Assembly: GCA_051313645.2 (NCBI GenBank)
Contig: JBNRSN020000008.1
Span: forward strand, 123,814,001-123,878,000
Length of the DNA stretch: 64,000 bases
Direction: 5' to 3'
Source of the DNA: Centroscyllium fabricii
Taxonomy: Eukaryota
Below the pieces are notes generated by a model. That model saw nothing but the letters and a program-made list of their open reading frames with translations, ran no database searches and was not told the DNA's origin. Both the position numbers and the translations under genes were made by a program. Below, one piece after another: positions 12,593-24,134 of the stretch. The number at the start of each line of letters is the position of its first letter. The stretch's first letter is position 1.

Positions 12593-15315
12593 CTCGGGGA
12601 GCACGGCAAACTTTATCCACCCGATACGGTGCGCCGCCTCTCGCTCTCCACTCGGCCCATGCACCAGCGCATCTCCCTCGCTTCCAAATCCCAGACCGCG
12701 GATGTCAGCGGTTACTGCGTGGTAACCCTGTCGGTGTGTGGCGCAGTGTACAAGGATTTCAAACTCCTGGTCCTACCAACCTGTGCGCGGCCGTCCTCCT
12801 GGGGTTAGGCTTCCAAACCCACCTTAATAACGTTACGATGGCGTACGGGGGGCCCCTTCCCCCCCTCACTGTCCGCAGCCAGAAGCTCTCAAACCGCCCA
12901 CTGCGCACCGTCTGCAGCCTCTCTACCCTCAAGGTCGCCCCTCCCCCACTGTTCGCTACCCTCACCCCAGACTGTAAACCCATAGTCACTAAGAGCAGGA
13001 GATACAGTGCTGGGGACAGGGCTTTCATCAAGTCCGAGGTACAGCGGCTCCTGAAGGAGGGTGTGATTGAGGCTAGCATCAGCCCCTGGAGGGCCCAAGT
13101 AGTCGTCGTTAAGACCGGTGAAAAGAACCGATTAGTTATCGACTGCAGCCAGACCATCAACCGCTTTACGCAGTTGGACGCGTACCCCCTCCCCCGCATA
13201 TCTGACATGGTCAATCAGATTGCGCAGTACAAGGTGTTCTCCACCATTGACCTGAAATCGGCTTATCACCAACTCCCCATCCTCCCCACGGACCGCCGCT
13301 ATACTGCCTTCGAGGCTAACGGCCGCCTCTACCACTTCTTCGGGATCACCAATGGCGTCTCAGTTTTCCAATGGGAGATGGACCGTATGGTTGACCAGCA
13401 CTGGCTGCTGGCCACGTTCCCGTACCTTGACAACATGACCATCTGCGGCCATGACCTGCAGGACCATGACGCCAACCTGGAAAAATTCCTTCGCATGGCC
13501 CAACTCCTTAATCTCACCTATAACGAGGAGAAATGCATGTTCCGCACAACACGCCTTGCCATTCTTGGCTGTGTCGTGGAAAACGGGGTCATCGGTCCCG
13601 ACCCAGACCGCATGCGCCCCCTCATGGATCTCCCCCTCCCCCATTGTCAAAAGGCCCTGCGAAGATGCCTGGGCTGCTTCTCCTACTACGCCCAGTGGGT
13701 CCCTAACTTTGCGGACAAGGCCCGCCCGCTCCTTAAGTCCACCTCCTTTCCCCTGACGACGGAGGCCCGTATGGCCTTCGACCACATCAAACGGGACATT
13801 GCTAAGGCCACCATGCACGCGGTGGACGAAACCGCCCCATTTCAGGTGGAGAGCGATGCGTCCGACTTTGCCCTGGCCGCCACCCTTAACCAGGCGGGCA
13901 GACCCGTGGCCGCCTTCTCCCGGACCCTCGAGAAGGAGGCCCAGGCCATAGTGGAAGCTGTGCGCCACTGGAGGCATTACTTGGCCGGTCAACGGTTTAC
14001 CCTGCTCACTGACCAGTGCTCAGTTGCTTTTATGTTCAGCAACAAGCAGCAGGGTAAAATCAAAAATGACAAGATATTGAGGTGGACAATTGAACTCTCC
14101 ACCGACAACTACGATATCTTGTACCTGCCTGGGAAGCTCAACGAGCCCCCAGACGCCCTCTCCCAGGGAACATGCGCAAGCGTGCAGGTGGATCGACTGC
14201 GGTCCCTCCACAACGACCTCTGCTACCCGGGTGTCACCCGGTTCTTCCATTTTGTCAAGGCCCGCAACCTGCCCTACTCCATTGAGGAGGTCAGGACCAT
14301 GACCAGGGACTGCCAGGTCTGCGCCGAGTGCAAACCGCACTTTTACAGGCCAGACAGGGCACAACTGATCAAGGCCACCCGTCCCTTCGAGCGCCTCAGC
14401 ATCGATTTCAAGGGACCCCTCCCCTCCCCCGACCGCAATGTGTACTTTCTCACCATTATTGATGAGTACTCACGGTTCCCCTTCGCCGTTCCCTGCTCTG
14501 ACATGACCTCGGCCACGGTCATCAGGGTCCTGCACAATCTCTTCGCCCTGTTCGGGTTCCCCAGCTACATCCATAGCGACCGGGGTTCCTCATTTATGAG
14601 CGACGAGCTGCGACAGTACCTGCTCGCTAGAGGAGTCGCCACGAGCAGGACTACCAGCTACAACTCCCGGGGGAACGGACAGGTGGAGAGGGAGAACGCT
14701 ACAGTCTGGAAGGCCACCCTGCTAGCCCTAAAGTCCAGGGGCCTTCCGGTCTCGCACTGGCAAGACGTTCTCCCGGATGCACTCCATGCTATCCGATCCC
14801 TCCTCTGCACTGCCATAAACGCCACCCCTCATGAAAAAATGTTTGTCTTCCCCAGGAAGTCCACATTGGGGACATCGCTCCCATCTTGGCTGACGTCCCC
14901 AGGAGTCATCTTGCTTTGGAAACACGTCGGGGGCCATAAGACAGACCCCCTCGTCGAAAGAGTCCAACTCCTCCACGCAAAAATACGCCTACATTGCATA
15001 TCCGGACGGGCGGGAGGACACCGTTTCTATTGGGGACCTCGTCCCCTCGGGTGCCCCCGATGCTGCCAAACCCCGCCACCCCCCCTTTTTCAACCCACCA
15101 CCCCCCGGGAGGCGCCTGCGTCTGATCTTTCTCCCCTAGCCCCTGTACACTGCACGCCGGATCCAAGGACTCAGCCACCGACTGCCCCCATGCGGACGAA
15201 GACGTGGAACCAGCACCGCAGCCGGAGCCACGACGATCACAGAGGCGTACCAGACCTCCTGAAAGACTTATGTCCACTTGACTATCTCGCTTCACCCCGC
15301 TGGACTCATTTTTAA
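12582..15315 (+). pseudogene. Gypsy pol (PR, RT, RNase H, integrase) with frameshifts and in-frame deletions
   Basis: RT IDLKSAYHQ and YLDN; RNase H ESDASDFALAA, EKEA and TDQ; integrase CQVC, SIDF, SDRGSSF and NGQVER. Compared with the sister element, LRVP and QGPEIRHSSV are missing. Confidence 0.9.
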
Positions 15316-16793
15316 AGAAGGGGTGAATGTGGTAAACCACTGTTGTATATATTTGCCTGTGTGTATACATGCCCGGGCATGCCTGAAGCTGACTCCGCCC
15401 CTAGCCTACCTGATAAAGGCCCGAGCTCTGGGAGCCTGTCCCAGTACAAGGAGTTGCTGGTCAGTCTAAGGATGTCCAGGGTTCTCCGTGAATAAAAGCC
15501 TCAGTTGTATTCTCAACCTCGCCTCGAGTATAATTGATCGCGCATCACTCTGTTCTTGCACTCCCTTTAAAATTGTACCATTCAATGTGTATGGTCTCCC
15601 CGCATTCTTTCTACCAAAATGTATCCCCTCACACTTCTCTGCATTGAATTTCATCTGCCTTGTGTCCGGCCATTCCACCAGCCTGTCTATGTCCTCTTGA
15701 AATCTATCTTCCTCACTGTTTACTGCACTTCCAAGTTTCGTGTCATCTGCAAATTTAGAAATTGTGCCCTGTACCTCCAAGTTATTAATGTATATAATGT
15801 GTGGGCAGTGTGGAGTCAGTGCAGGGCAGTGAGAACAGGGGTGATGTGCGAGCGGAGCACTGTGTGTGGGGGACAGGATACGTGCAGCAGAGTTTTTGAC
15901 AATTTTGAGTTTATGGAGGATCAAAAAAGGGAGTGTGTTGGACTGATTAAGTCTGTAGGTGACTGAGTCATGGATAAGAATTTCAGTGCTGGAGAGCTGA
16001 GGTGGATATAGAGGCAGGCAATGTTGCAGCGGTGAAAGTAAGTGGTCTTAGTGATGGATAGGTTGTGGTAGTTAAAGTGCAGCTCGGTCAAACAGTGTTG
16101 AAATTATGGACGGACTGGTTCAGCCAGTAATGGGCAAGAGGCTGGAGTCAGTGGCAAGTTATTGGAGTTTGTAGCAGGGATTAAAGATAATGGGGCTCAA
16201 GCTAAGAAAAAGAAAGGTGTACAGAAAGGTGTACAGACAGTTTAGAATTTCCTAGCTTACAGTGACGATGGTGAATATTTGGAAAAATGGGAGAATTTAA
16301 TAGGTGTTTAAGGAGTGGGCGATTTGAGGGGTATTACTTTTTGGGACCAGCCAGTTGGACCCGACCTCTTTTTCAGTGATGCGCTTTCCTATGTAAAATG
16401 TAATGTTTTTGTCCACAAGCATCTGTAGAAACTCGCCATTACGGTTTGTTTTAAATGTCCAGCTGAGTGCTATAACAGTCAAGAGGGAATTTTTTCTTGG
16501 AAGCTTCAAGTGTAACATTTTCAGTGGGAACAGTATTCTATCTTGCATGTAATGTTATAAAAGTACTATATCTTGGGAATCAAAGAGCAATTTGATTGTA
16601 AAAAAGAAAAGTATTAGGCTTAACAATCTATGGATAGTAATACTTGAAATTTTACTGAACAGAAAGATGCAAACTCTGTACAGTTAGCACGCTGGCTAAA
16701 TAATGATTTGTTACGAAGGGATCAGATTTAGGTAAGGCTGACTTCAACGGGATGAGGCGGAGACTGTCCAAAGTAAACTGGGCAAATCTGTTA

Positions 16794-17170
16794 CAGGTTG
16801 AGCACTGTTAATCCGGCACCCTTGGGACCAGGCCGGTGCCGGACCACTGAAAATACCGAACCACTGAAGGTTCGGGGGGAGCGAGCAGTAGAACACTCCC
16901 CAGGGCCCAGAGCGCGCGGTAGAACACTCCCCGGGGCCCGGAGCATACGATAGAACACTCCCCGGGAGCGAGCCCGGGGACAGAACACTTAGAAGACCTA
17001 AAAAAACAGAAACCCAAACGCCTGATGCCTTCGGTGTTCGCCCACCCTTCGCGGGAAATGGTGGTGCCGTCGAGTGGCTGCTCTGCAAAATGAAGAGCGC
17101 CGGTTTCCAGTCGTGACGAACCACTGAAGCAGCCGGACCATCGGGTGTCAGATTACCGGTGCTCAACCTG
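16794..17170. mobile_element. Tc1/mariner-pogo (Tigger-like) MITE
   Basis: TIRs CAGGTTGAGCAC.../...GTGCTCAACCTG (about 28 bp, imperfect) and a TA TSD. Internal repeats of about 31 bp (tagaacactcccc) at 16889-16990. Confidence 0.9.
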
Positions 17171-18414
17171 TAATAGGTAAAATGCCAAGATCAGTGGGAT
17201 ATGTAATACAGAACCAGTTTATACCCCCGAGGGGCAAGAGCTCTACTTGCCAAAAAAAAACAGCCATGGAACTAAGAGACAGCATAAAACTAAAGGAAAG
17301 GGCATACAAAACTGCAAAAAATAGTGCAGATCCTGGCAAATGGGAAAGAGGCAAAGAACAGCAAAGGGTCACAAAACCGAGAGCTACAAAAAGGGAGTCT
17401 GAAAATAACTTGCAAGGCATATCAAAATCAATACAAAGAATTTTTATAGTTACATTGGGACAAAGCGTGTGGTCAGGAGCAATGTTGTCCCCTTAACAAC
17501 TGAAAGTGGTGATATTGTCAATGACCACGGGGAAATGGCAGACATGTTGAATAATTACTTCGCGCCAGTATTTGCAGTAGAAGAGCCGGAAATCATAAAA
17601 ACTAATATTGAAACAGGGACAGGGACTCAATAAAATTAACGTAGGTAAAATAACTAATAAAGAAAATAATGACACTAAAGAGTGACAAATCCCCACAGCC
17701 AGATGATTTCCATCCCAGGGTTTTAAAAGAAGTAGGTGAGCACATTGCAGATGCCCCAACTATAATTTTCCAAAGATCTCTCGATTCAGGAACCGTCCCT
17801 TTAGATTGGAAAATTGCTCATGACACTCCGCTTTTTAAGAAAGGCGAGAGAGGGAAACCAGGGAATTACAAACCAGCTTGCCTAACATCTGTTGTGGGGA
17901 AATTGATGGTCCATAATTAGGGATAGGGTGACTGAACACCTTGAACATTTTCTGTTGACAGAGAGCCAGAGTGGATTTGTGAAAGGTAGGTCATGCCTGA
18001 CAAACCTGATTGAATTCTTTGAGGAGGTGACTAAAGTAGTGGACAGGGGAATGTCTATGGATGTTATTTATATGGACTTCCAGAAGGCATTTGATAAGGT
18101 CCCACATAAGAGACTGTTAAATAAGGTAAAGGCCCACAGAATTGAGGGCAAATTATTGACCTAGTTAGAAAATTGGCTGAGCGGCAGGAGACAGAGTAGG
18201 GATAATGGATCTCGCAGTAATCTGTGATGGGGCCCCAACTATTCACGATTTATTAACAATTCATATGATGGCATAGAAAGCCATATATCCAAATTTGCCA
18301 ATGATACAAGATAGGTAGTATTGTTGGCAGTGTGGATGAAAGCATAAAATTGCAAGTGGATATTGATAGATTAAGTGAATGGACAAAACTGTGGCAAATG
18401 GATTTCAATGTAAG

Positions 18415-21249
18415 TGTAACCTGGGTCTGAAACCCAGAGTCAGGGAGAATCTCCCTAAAGGGTTAAAAATCTAGGGATCCAGTGGTCTGAGGTCAGGTGA
18501 CCTCTTCGGTGCCAGTTTGTCTGGAAGTTCAGATCACATGGGGTTGTTGACCAGGTGTGAGAATGGACAATGTTTCAGATAGGCTGGGCTGCCATGGAAA
18601 CCAGCACTCGGCTCCGGGCAGTCTGGAAAAACAAGGAGTCTTGCAGGTGGGGGCTGTGTGCTTGCTTTGCGATAGGCTGGCTAAAAGTGGGGTGAGTTAC
18701 TGGAGGGTGGAGCCAGGACAGGATAAAAGGCTGGACACGCCTAGAGACAGTTAGTTAGATCCAGAAGGAGTAAGATTGAGCTGGAGAGAAGGGAGAAGAT
18801 TGAGCAGGAGGTTAGATTGAGAAGATCCGGGAAGGACATCACGAAAAGAAGCCACGAGGACCGCGCTCGGAAGGAGGGAAAACCAGCAGCACGAGGCACG
18901 AAGCCCTGAGACTCTTGGAAGACGCTAAAGGCATTAGCTGACCAAGGGAAGTCAAGAAGGAAGTCCCTGTGCACCGGCTGGGAAGAAGGAAGACCATTCG
19001 GGCGGATCAGAACCGGTACGTAGTCCGGGAGGAGCCCAGAAGATTGAGTGAGGGAAGACTCACCATTCTGGCAGATCAGAGCGGTACCTAGTCCGTGGAG
19101 CCAGCAAAGCATCGACGAGGTTGCAGGAAACAGAGGGTGGAGAGCTGTGTGCGACGCCCACTGCTGGAAGATGCTGGAAGCTTTCGTGTTAAAAGGACAG
19201 AGGCAGATCCAAGAGCCGTCGTTGTCTCCCTTGAGATGAGGAGACTGTAGTGTACGGTCCTCATTGTCAAGCCCTATTCGGACAGTCGTGAGTAATTACT
19301 GAGAAAAGGGCTTGGGGAACAAGGTGTAAGGGTGCTAAAGTGGATGCCTTGCCATTGTAAATGTCCAGTTGAAATGTGTTCTGGAAGGGTGCTAAAGTGA
19401 GCGCCTTGCCATTGTAAAGTGCTGATTGAAGTGTGTTCTTGGGAGTGGCTGTGAGCTGAATGAATGTGTAAATGATTTGTTATATGACATTAACGCTGCT
19501 TTCTGTTTTTGTATCTAGTTGCTAGTTGCTTAACACTGTTTATATTTAAACTCTATCTCCCATCCCTGTTATTAAAGTTTGTAAATAGAAATCTTGTCTC
19601 AGATTCATCTCTCTTAAGGTAAAAGGGTTACATTTGGGTGGAGGTCACAGAGTTCTACACGTGGGGTACGTTAAGAACCTACGGGGTAATTGGTGGTAAC
19701 CTAACCCCCCCATTCTCAGTAAAGGAGAGGGGGGGGGGCCAATCGTAAAAAGGGTTACATTTGGGGGCTCGTCTTCGGGATACTGTGACTTCCAGTTTCA
19801 TACCCTAGTGGAGTGAACCCATTGTTGCCGAGAGAGAGATGGACGTGAGCACGGTTACTTAGTGGTGTAGTCATGAGGACATGACTAGGTTTGGTAAGGG
19901 GGGAGTGTAACCTGGGTCTGAAACCCAGAGTCAGGGAGAATCTCCCTAAAGGGTTAAAAATCTAGGGATCCAGTGGTCTGAGGTCAGGTGACCTCTTCGG
20001 TGCCAGTTTGTCTGGAAGTTCAGATCACATGGGGTTGTTGACCAGGTGTGAGAATGGACAATGTTTCAGATAGGCTGGGCTGCCATGGAAACCAGCACTC
20101 GGCTCCGGGCAGTCTGGAAAAACAAGGAGTCTTGCAGGTGGGGGCTGTGTGCTTGCTTTGCGATAGGCTGGCTAAAAGTGGGGTGAGTTACTGGAGGGTG
20201 GAGCCAGGACAGGATAAAAGGCTGGACACGCCTAGAGACAGTTAGTTAGATCCAGAAGGAGTAAGATTGAGCTGGAGAGAAGGGAGAAGATTGAGCAGGA
20301 GGTTAGATTGAGAAGATCCGGGAAGGACATCACGAAAAGAAGCCACGAGGACCGCGCTCGGAAGGAGGGAAAACCAGCAGCACGAGGCACGAAGCCCTGA
20401 GACTCTTGGAAGACGCTAAAGGCATTAGCTGACCAAGGGAAGTCAAGAAGGAAGTCCCTGTGCACCGGCTGGGAAGAAGGAAGACCATTCGGGCGGATCA
20501 GAACCGGTACGTAGTCCGGGAGGAGCCCAGAAGATTGAGTGAGGGAAGACTCACCATTCTGGCAGATCAGAGCGGTACCTAGTCCGTGGAGCCAGCAAAG
20601 CATCGACGAGGTTGCAGGAAACAGAGGGTGGAGAGCTGTGTGCGACGCCCACTGCTGGAAGATGCTGGAAGCTTTCGTGTTAAAAGGACAGAGGCAGATC
20701 CAAGAGCCGTCGTTGTCTCCCTTGAGATGAGGAGACTGTAGTGTACGGTCCTCATTGTCAAGCCCTATTCGGACAGTCGTGAGTAATTACTGAGAAAAGG
20801 GCTTGGGGAACAAGGTGTAAGGGTGCTAAAGTGGATGCCTTGCCATTGTAAATGTCCAGTTGAAATGTGTTCTGGAAGGGTGCTAAAGCGAGCGCCTTGC
20901 CATTGTAAAGTGCTGATTGAAGTGTGTTCTTGGGAGTGGCTGTGAGCTGAATGAATGTGTAAATGATTTGTTATATGACATTAACGCTGCTTTCTGTTTT
21001 TGTATCTACTTGCTAGTTGCTTAACACTGTTTATATTTAAACTCTATCTCCCATCCCTGTTATTAAAGTTTGTAAATAGAAATCTTGTCTCAGATTCATC
21101 TCTCTTAAGGTAAAAGGGTTACATTTGGGTGGAGGTCACAGAGTTCTACACGTGGGGTACGTTAAGAACCTACGGGGTAATTGGTGGTAACCTAACCCCC
21201 CCATTCTCAGTAAAGGAGAGGGGGGGGGCCAATCGTAAAAAGGGTTACA
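18415..21249 (+). mobile_element. Non-autonomous LTR element: two LTRs of about 1345 bp around a 146-bp interior
   Basis: LTRs at 18415-19759 and 19906-21249 (TGTAACC...GGTTACA). 4-bp TSD TAAG. tRNA-Pro-type PBS at 19762-19781 and PPT AAGGGGGGAG at 19896-19905. Confidence 0.95.
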
Positions 21250-21378
21250 TAAGCAAATCTGAGGTCATCCACTTTGGACATAAAGGATAGAACAGGGTAC
21301 TTTCAAAAGGGTGAAAAGCTAAAAACAGTGGATGTCCAGAGAGACTTAGCGGTTCAGGTACATAGATCATTAAAATGT

Positions 21379-21773
21379 CATAGAAACATAGAAACTAGGA
21401 GCAGGAGTAGGCCCTTCGAGCCTGCTCCGCCATTCAATGAGATCATGGCTGATCATCCAAACCCAGTACCCTGCCCCTGCCCTCTCCCCATATCCCTCGA
21501 TCCCTATCGAGCCTGCACTGACACATATCCCACCCTATCCCCGTAACCCTACATATTCAATCCCCCTAACACTAAGGGTCAATTTATCCTGGCCAATCAA
21601 CCTAACCCGCACATCTTTGGACTGTGGGAGGAAACCGGAGCACCCGGAGGAAACCCACGCAGACACGGGGTGAATGTGCAAACTCCACACAGATAGTACC
21701 CGAGGCTGGATTTGAACCCGGGTCTCCAGTGCTGAGACACAACAGTGCTAACCACTGTGCCACCGTGCCACCC
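21379..21773 (-). mobile_element. Full-length HE1-type V-SINE
   Basis: Minus-strand tRNA head (TGGCACAGTGG A box, GGTTCAAATCC B box), V-core GTGTGGAGTTTGCAC...GGGTGCTCCGGTTTCCTCCCACA and a CR1-type tail ending TTCTATG repeats. Confidence 0.9.
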
Positions 21774-23180
21774 ATGAACAGGTACAGAAAATAATCAAAA
21801 AGGCTGATGGAATGCTGGCCTTTATATCCAGAGGACTAGAGTGCAAGGGGGCAGAGGTTATGCTGCAGCTATAGAAAACCCTGGTTAGATCACTCCTGGA
21901 GTACTGTGAGCAGTTCTGTGCACCACACCGTAGGATGGATATATTGGCCTTGGAGGGAGTGCAGCGTAGGTTTGCCAGAATTATACCTGGACATCAAGGG
22001 TTAGGTTATGAGGAGAAATTGCCCAAATTAGGGTTGTATTCCTAGAACTTAGAAGGTTAAGGGATGATCTGATCAAAGATTTCAAGATATTAAGGGGAAC
22101 AGATAGGATAGATAGAGAGAAACTATTTCTGCTGGTTGGGGATTCTGAGACTAGGGCACATAGTCTAAAAATTAGAGCCAAACCTTTCAGGAGTGAAATT
22201 AGGAAATATTTCTACGAACACAGGGTGGTAGTTTGAAACTCTCTTCCACAAATGGCAATTGATGCTAGATCAGTTCATTTTAAATCGGAGATTGATAGCT
22301 TTTTGTTAACCAAAGGTATTGAGGGATATGGGCCAAAGGCGGGTATATGGAGTTAGATCACAGATCAGCCATGATCTCATCTAATGGCTGAACAGGCTCA
22401 AGGGGCTGACTGGCCTACTCCTGTTCCTATCAACAGGAGAGGTGATCATGTCCGCTGTAACCTCAATTATGATTAGACAAAATAATTGCAGATAATCAGT
22501 ATGTGAAAATGTATTGAAATCCTCTTGTACACTTGTTCCACAACTGCAATATTACTTGCTTGTGTTCAAATTAACACTGAGGCAGATGTGACTATGTTAC
22601 CTTACCTGAAGGCAGCAGGTATTAAATTGATGAACTGTGATTGTTAAATGATCAGTTTCTGATCACTTAACATACGATTTTTATGTGCATCATTGAAATC
22701 CAATTAATGCCATTACATGGCATTAAAAGCAATTCGGATTAATTTACAGTTCACTGATATCATTTAACTTGCACTTCAATAGGCATTTCGCAGTAACTGC
22801 ATACTATTAAGGATTTGAATTAAATGGATTGAATAATGAGAGAAAATGTATCTAAATTACAAGTTGAATATATTTTAATTGTCCTTAAAATTTAATGCCA
22901 AAACAGTCCTGAATATTTGAGCTGATTTGCTTAGGGCATCGGGGGCGTGCAACTAACCCCTACTGCATGTTGATGTACTACATGCAGGGCTACCACGTCA
23001 TATCTTAATGTATTTAATACTTTAAATCTCTAGTTATACGCTTTCGCAATGTCATTGCTATTTTGGACTTTAGCATTCATTTAAAGGAGGATATAGGGCA
23101 TATGGTAAATTCTGAACTAAAAGCAAGATGATAGATATCAAAATAAAAGGATGGTATTTGAGAAGTTAGTTAAGCTAACA

Positions 23181-24125
23181 TAACATAAGAAATAGGAGCA
23201 GGGGTAGGCCATTTGGCCCATCGAGCCTGCTCTGACATTCAACAAGATCATGGCTGATCATCTACCTCCTCTCCACTTTTCTGCACTATCCCCATATCCC
23301 ATGATTCCCATAACATCCAAAAATCTATCGATCTCTGTCATGAATATACTCAACAACTGAGCCTCCACAGCCCTCTGGGGTAGAGAATTCCGAAGACTCA
23401 TCACCCTCTGAGTGAAGAAATCTCTCATCTCAGTCCTAAATAGCTGACCCCTTATTCTGAGACTGTGACCCCTGGTTCTAGACTCCCCAGCCAGAGGAAA
23501 CATCCTCCCTGCATCTACCCTGTAAGAATTTTGTATGTTTCAATGAGATCACCGCTCATTCTTCTAAACTCCAGAGAATATAGGCCTAGTCTACTCAATC
23601 TCTCCTCATAGGACAATCTCCCCATCCCAGGAATCAGTCTGGTGAACCTTTGTTGCACTCCCTTTATGGCAGGTATATCCTTCCTTAGGTAAGGAGACCA
23701 AAACTGTACACAATGGGTGTAGTCTCACCAGGGTGTGGTCTCATCAGGGCCCTATATAATTGCAGTAAGACGTCTTTACTCTTGTACTCAAATCCTCTTG
23801 TAATAAAGGCCAACATACCATTTGCTTTCCTATTTGCTTGCTGTGCCTGCATGTTAACTTTCAGTGATTCACATACAAGGACACCCAGGTCCCTCAGAAC
23901 ACCAACATTTCCCAATCTCTCTCCATTTAAAATAAAACTCTGCTTTTCTATTTTTCCTACCAAAGTGGTTAACTTCACATTTCTCCACATTATATTCCAT
24001 TTTCCTTCCCACTCACTTAGCCTGTCTATATCCCCTTGAAGCCTCCTCACAACTTACATTCCCACCCAGCATTGTATCATCAGCATACTTGGATATATTA
24101 CATTTGGTCCCCTCATCCAAATCAC
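23181..24125 (-). mobile_element. 5'-truncated CR1 LINE
   Basis: LQGDIDRLSEW, RDLGVLV, LQLYRALMRPH and MFPLAGESRTRGHSLR motifs. The tail is at 23181. Confidence 0.9.
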
Positions 24126-24134
24126 AGGCGTTTA

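Larger units (their letters stand above)
11330..15547 (+). mobile_element. Full-length Ty3/Gypsy LTR retrotransposon (gag-PR-RT-RNaseH-IN), mutated
   Basis: LTRs at 11330-11548 and 15328-15547 (TG...CA; about 6 substitutions and 1 indel). 5-bp TSD CTCTG. PPT AAAGAAGGGGTGAA precedes the 3' LTR. Confidence 0.97.
9915..15790 (-). mobile_element. 5'-truncated CR1 LINE split by a MITE and a Gypsy element, itself inside an L2 fragment (about 9680-9910 and 15800-16200)
   Basis: catagaa tail at 9915, KFADDTKLG at about 15720-15755. The sequence is colinear across both insertions. Confidence 0.85.
16716..22430 (+). mobile_element. CR1 LINE (ORF2 linker, RT and 3' tail) carrying three nested insertions
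   Basis: KSPQPDDFHPRVLKE, GFVKGRSCLTNLIEFFEEVT and DVIYMDFQKAFDKVPH motifs. The tail ends cctactcctgttcctat at about 22430. Confidence 0.9.

Noticed and set aside
12589-15315. The 908-aa ORF as an intact, active pol with a programmed frameshift
   Set aside because: Its N- and C-termini are out-of-frame sequence, the protease is split across frames, and RT and RNase H have in-frame deletions. Decay explains this better.
18557-20761. Duplicated 60-123 aa ORFs as a tandem gene pair
   Set aside because: They lie within the two LTRs and have no recognisable domains.
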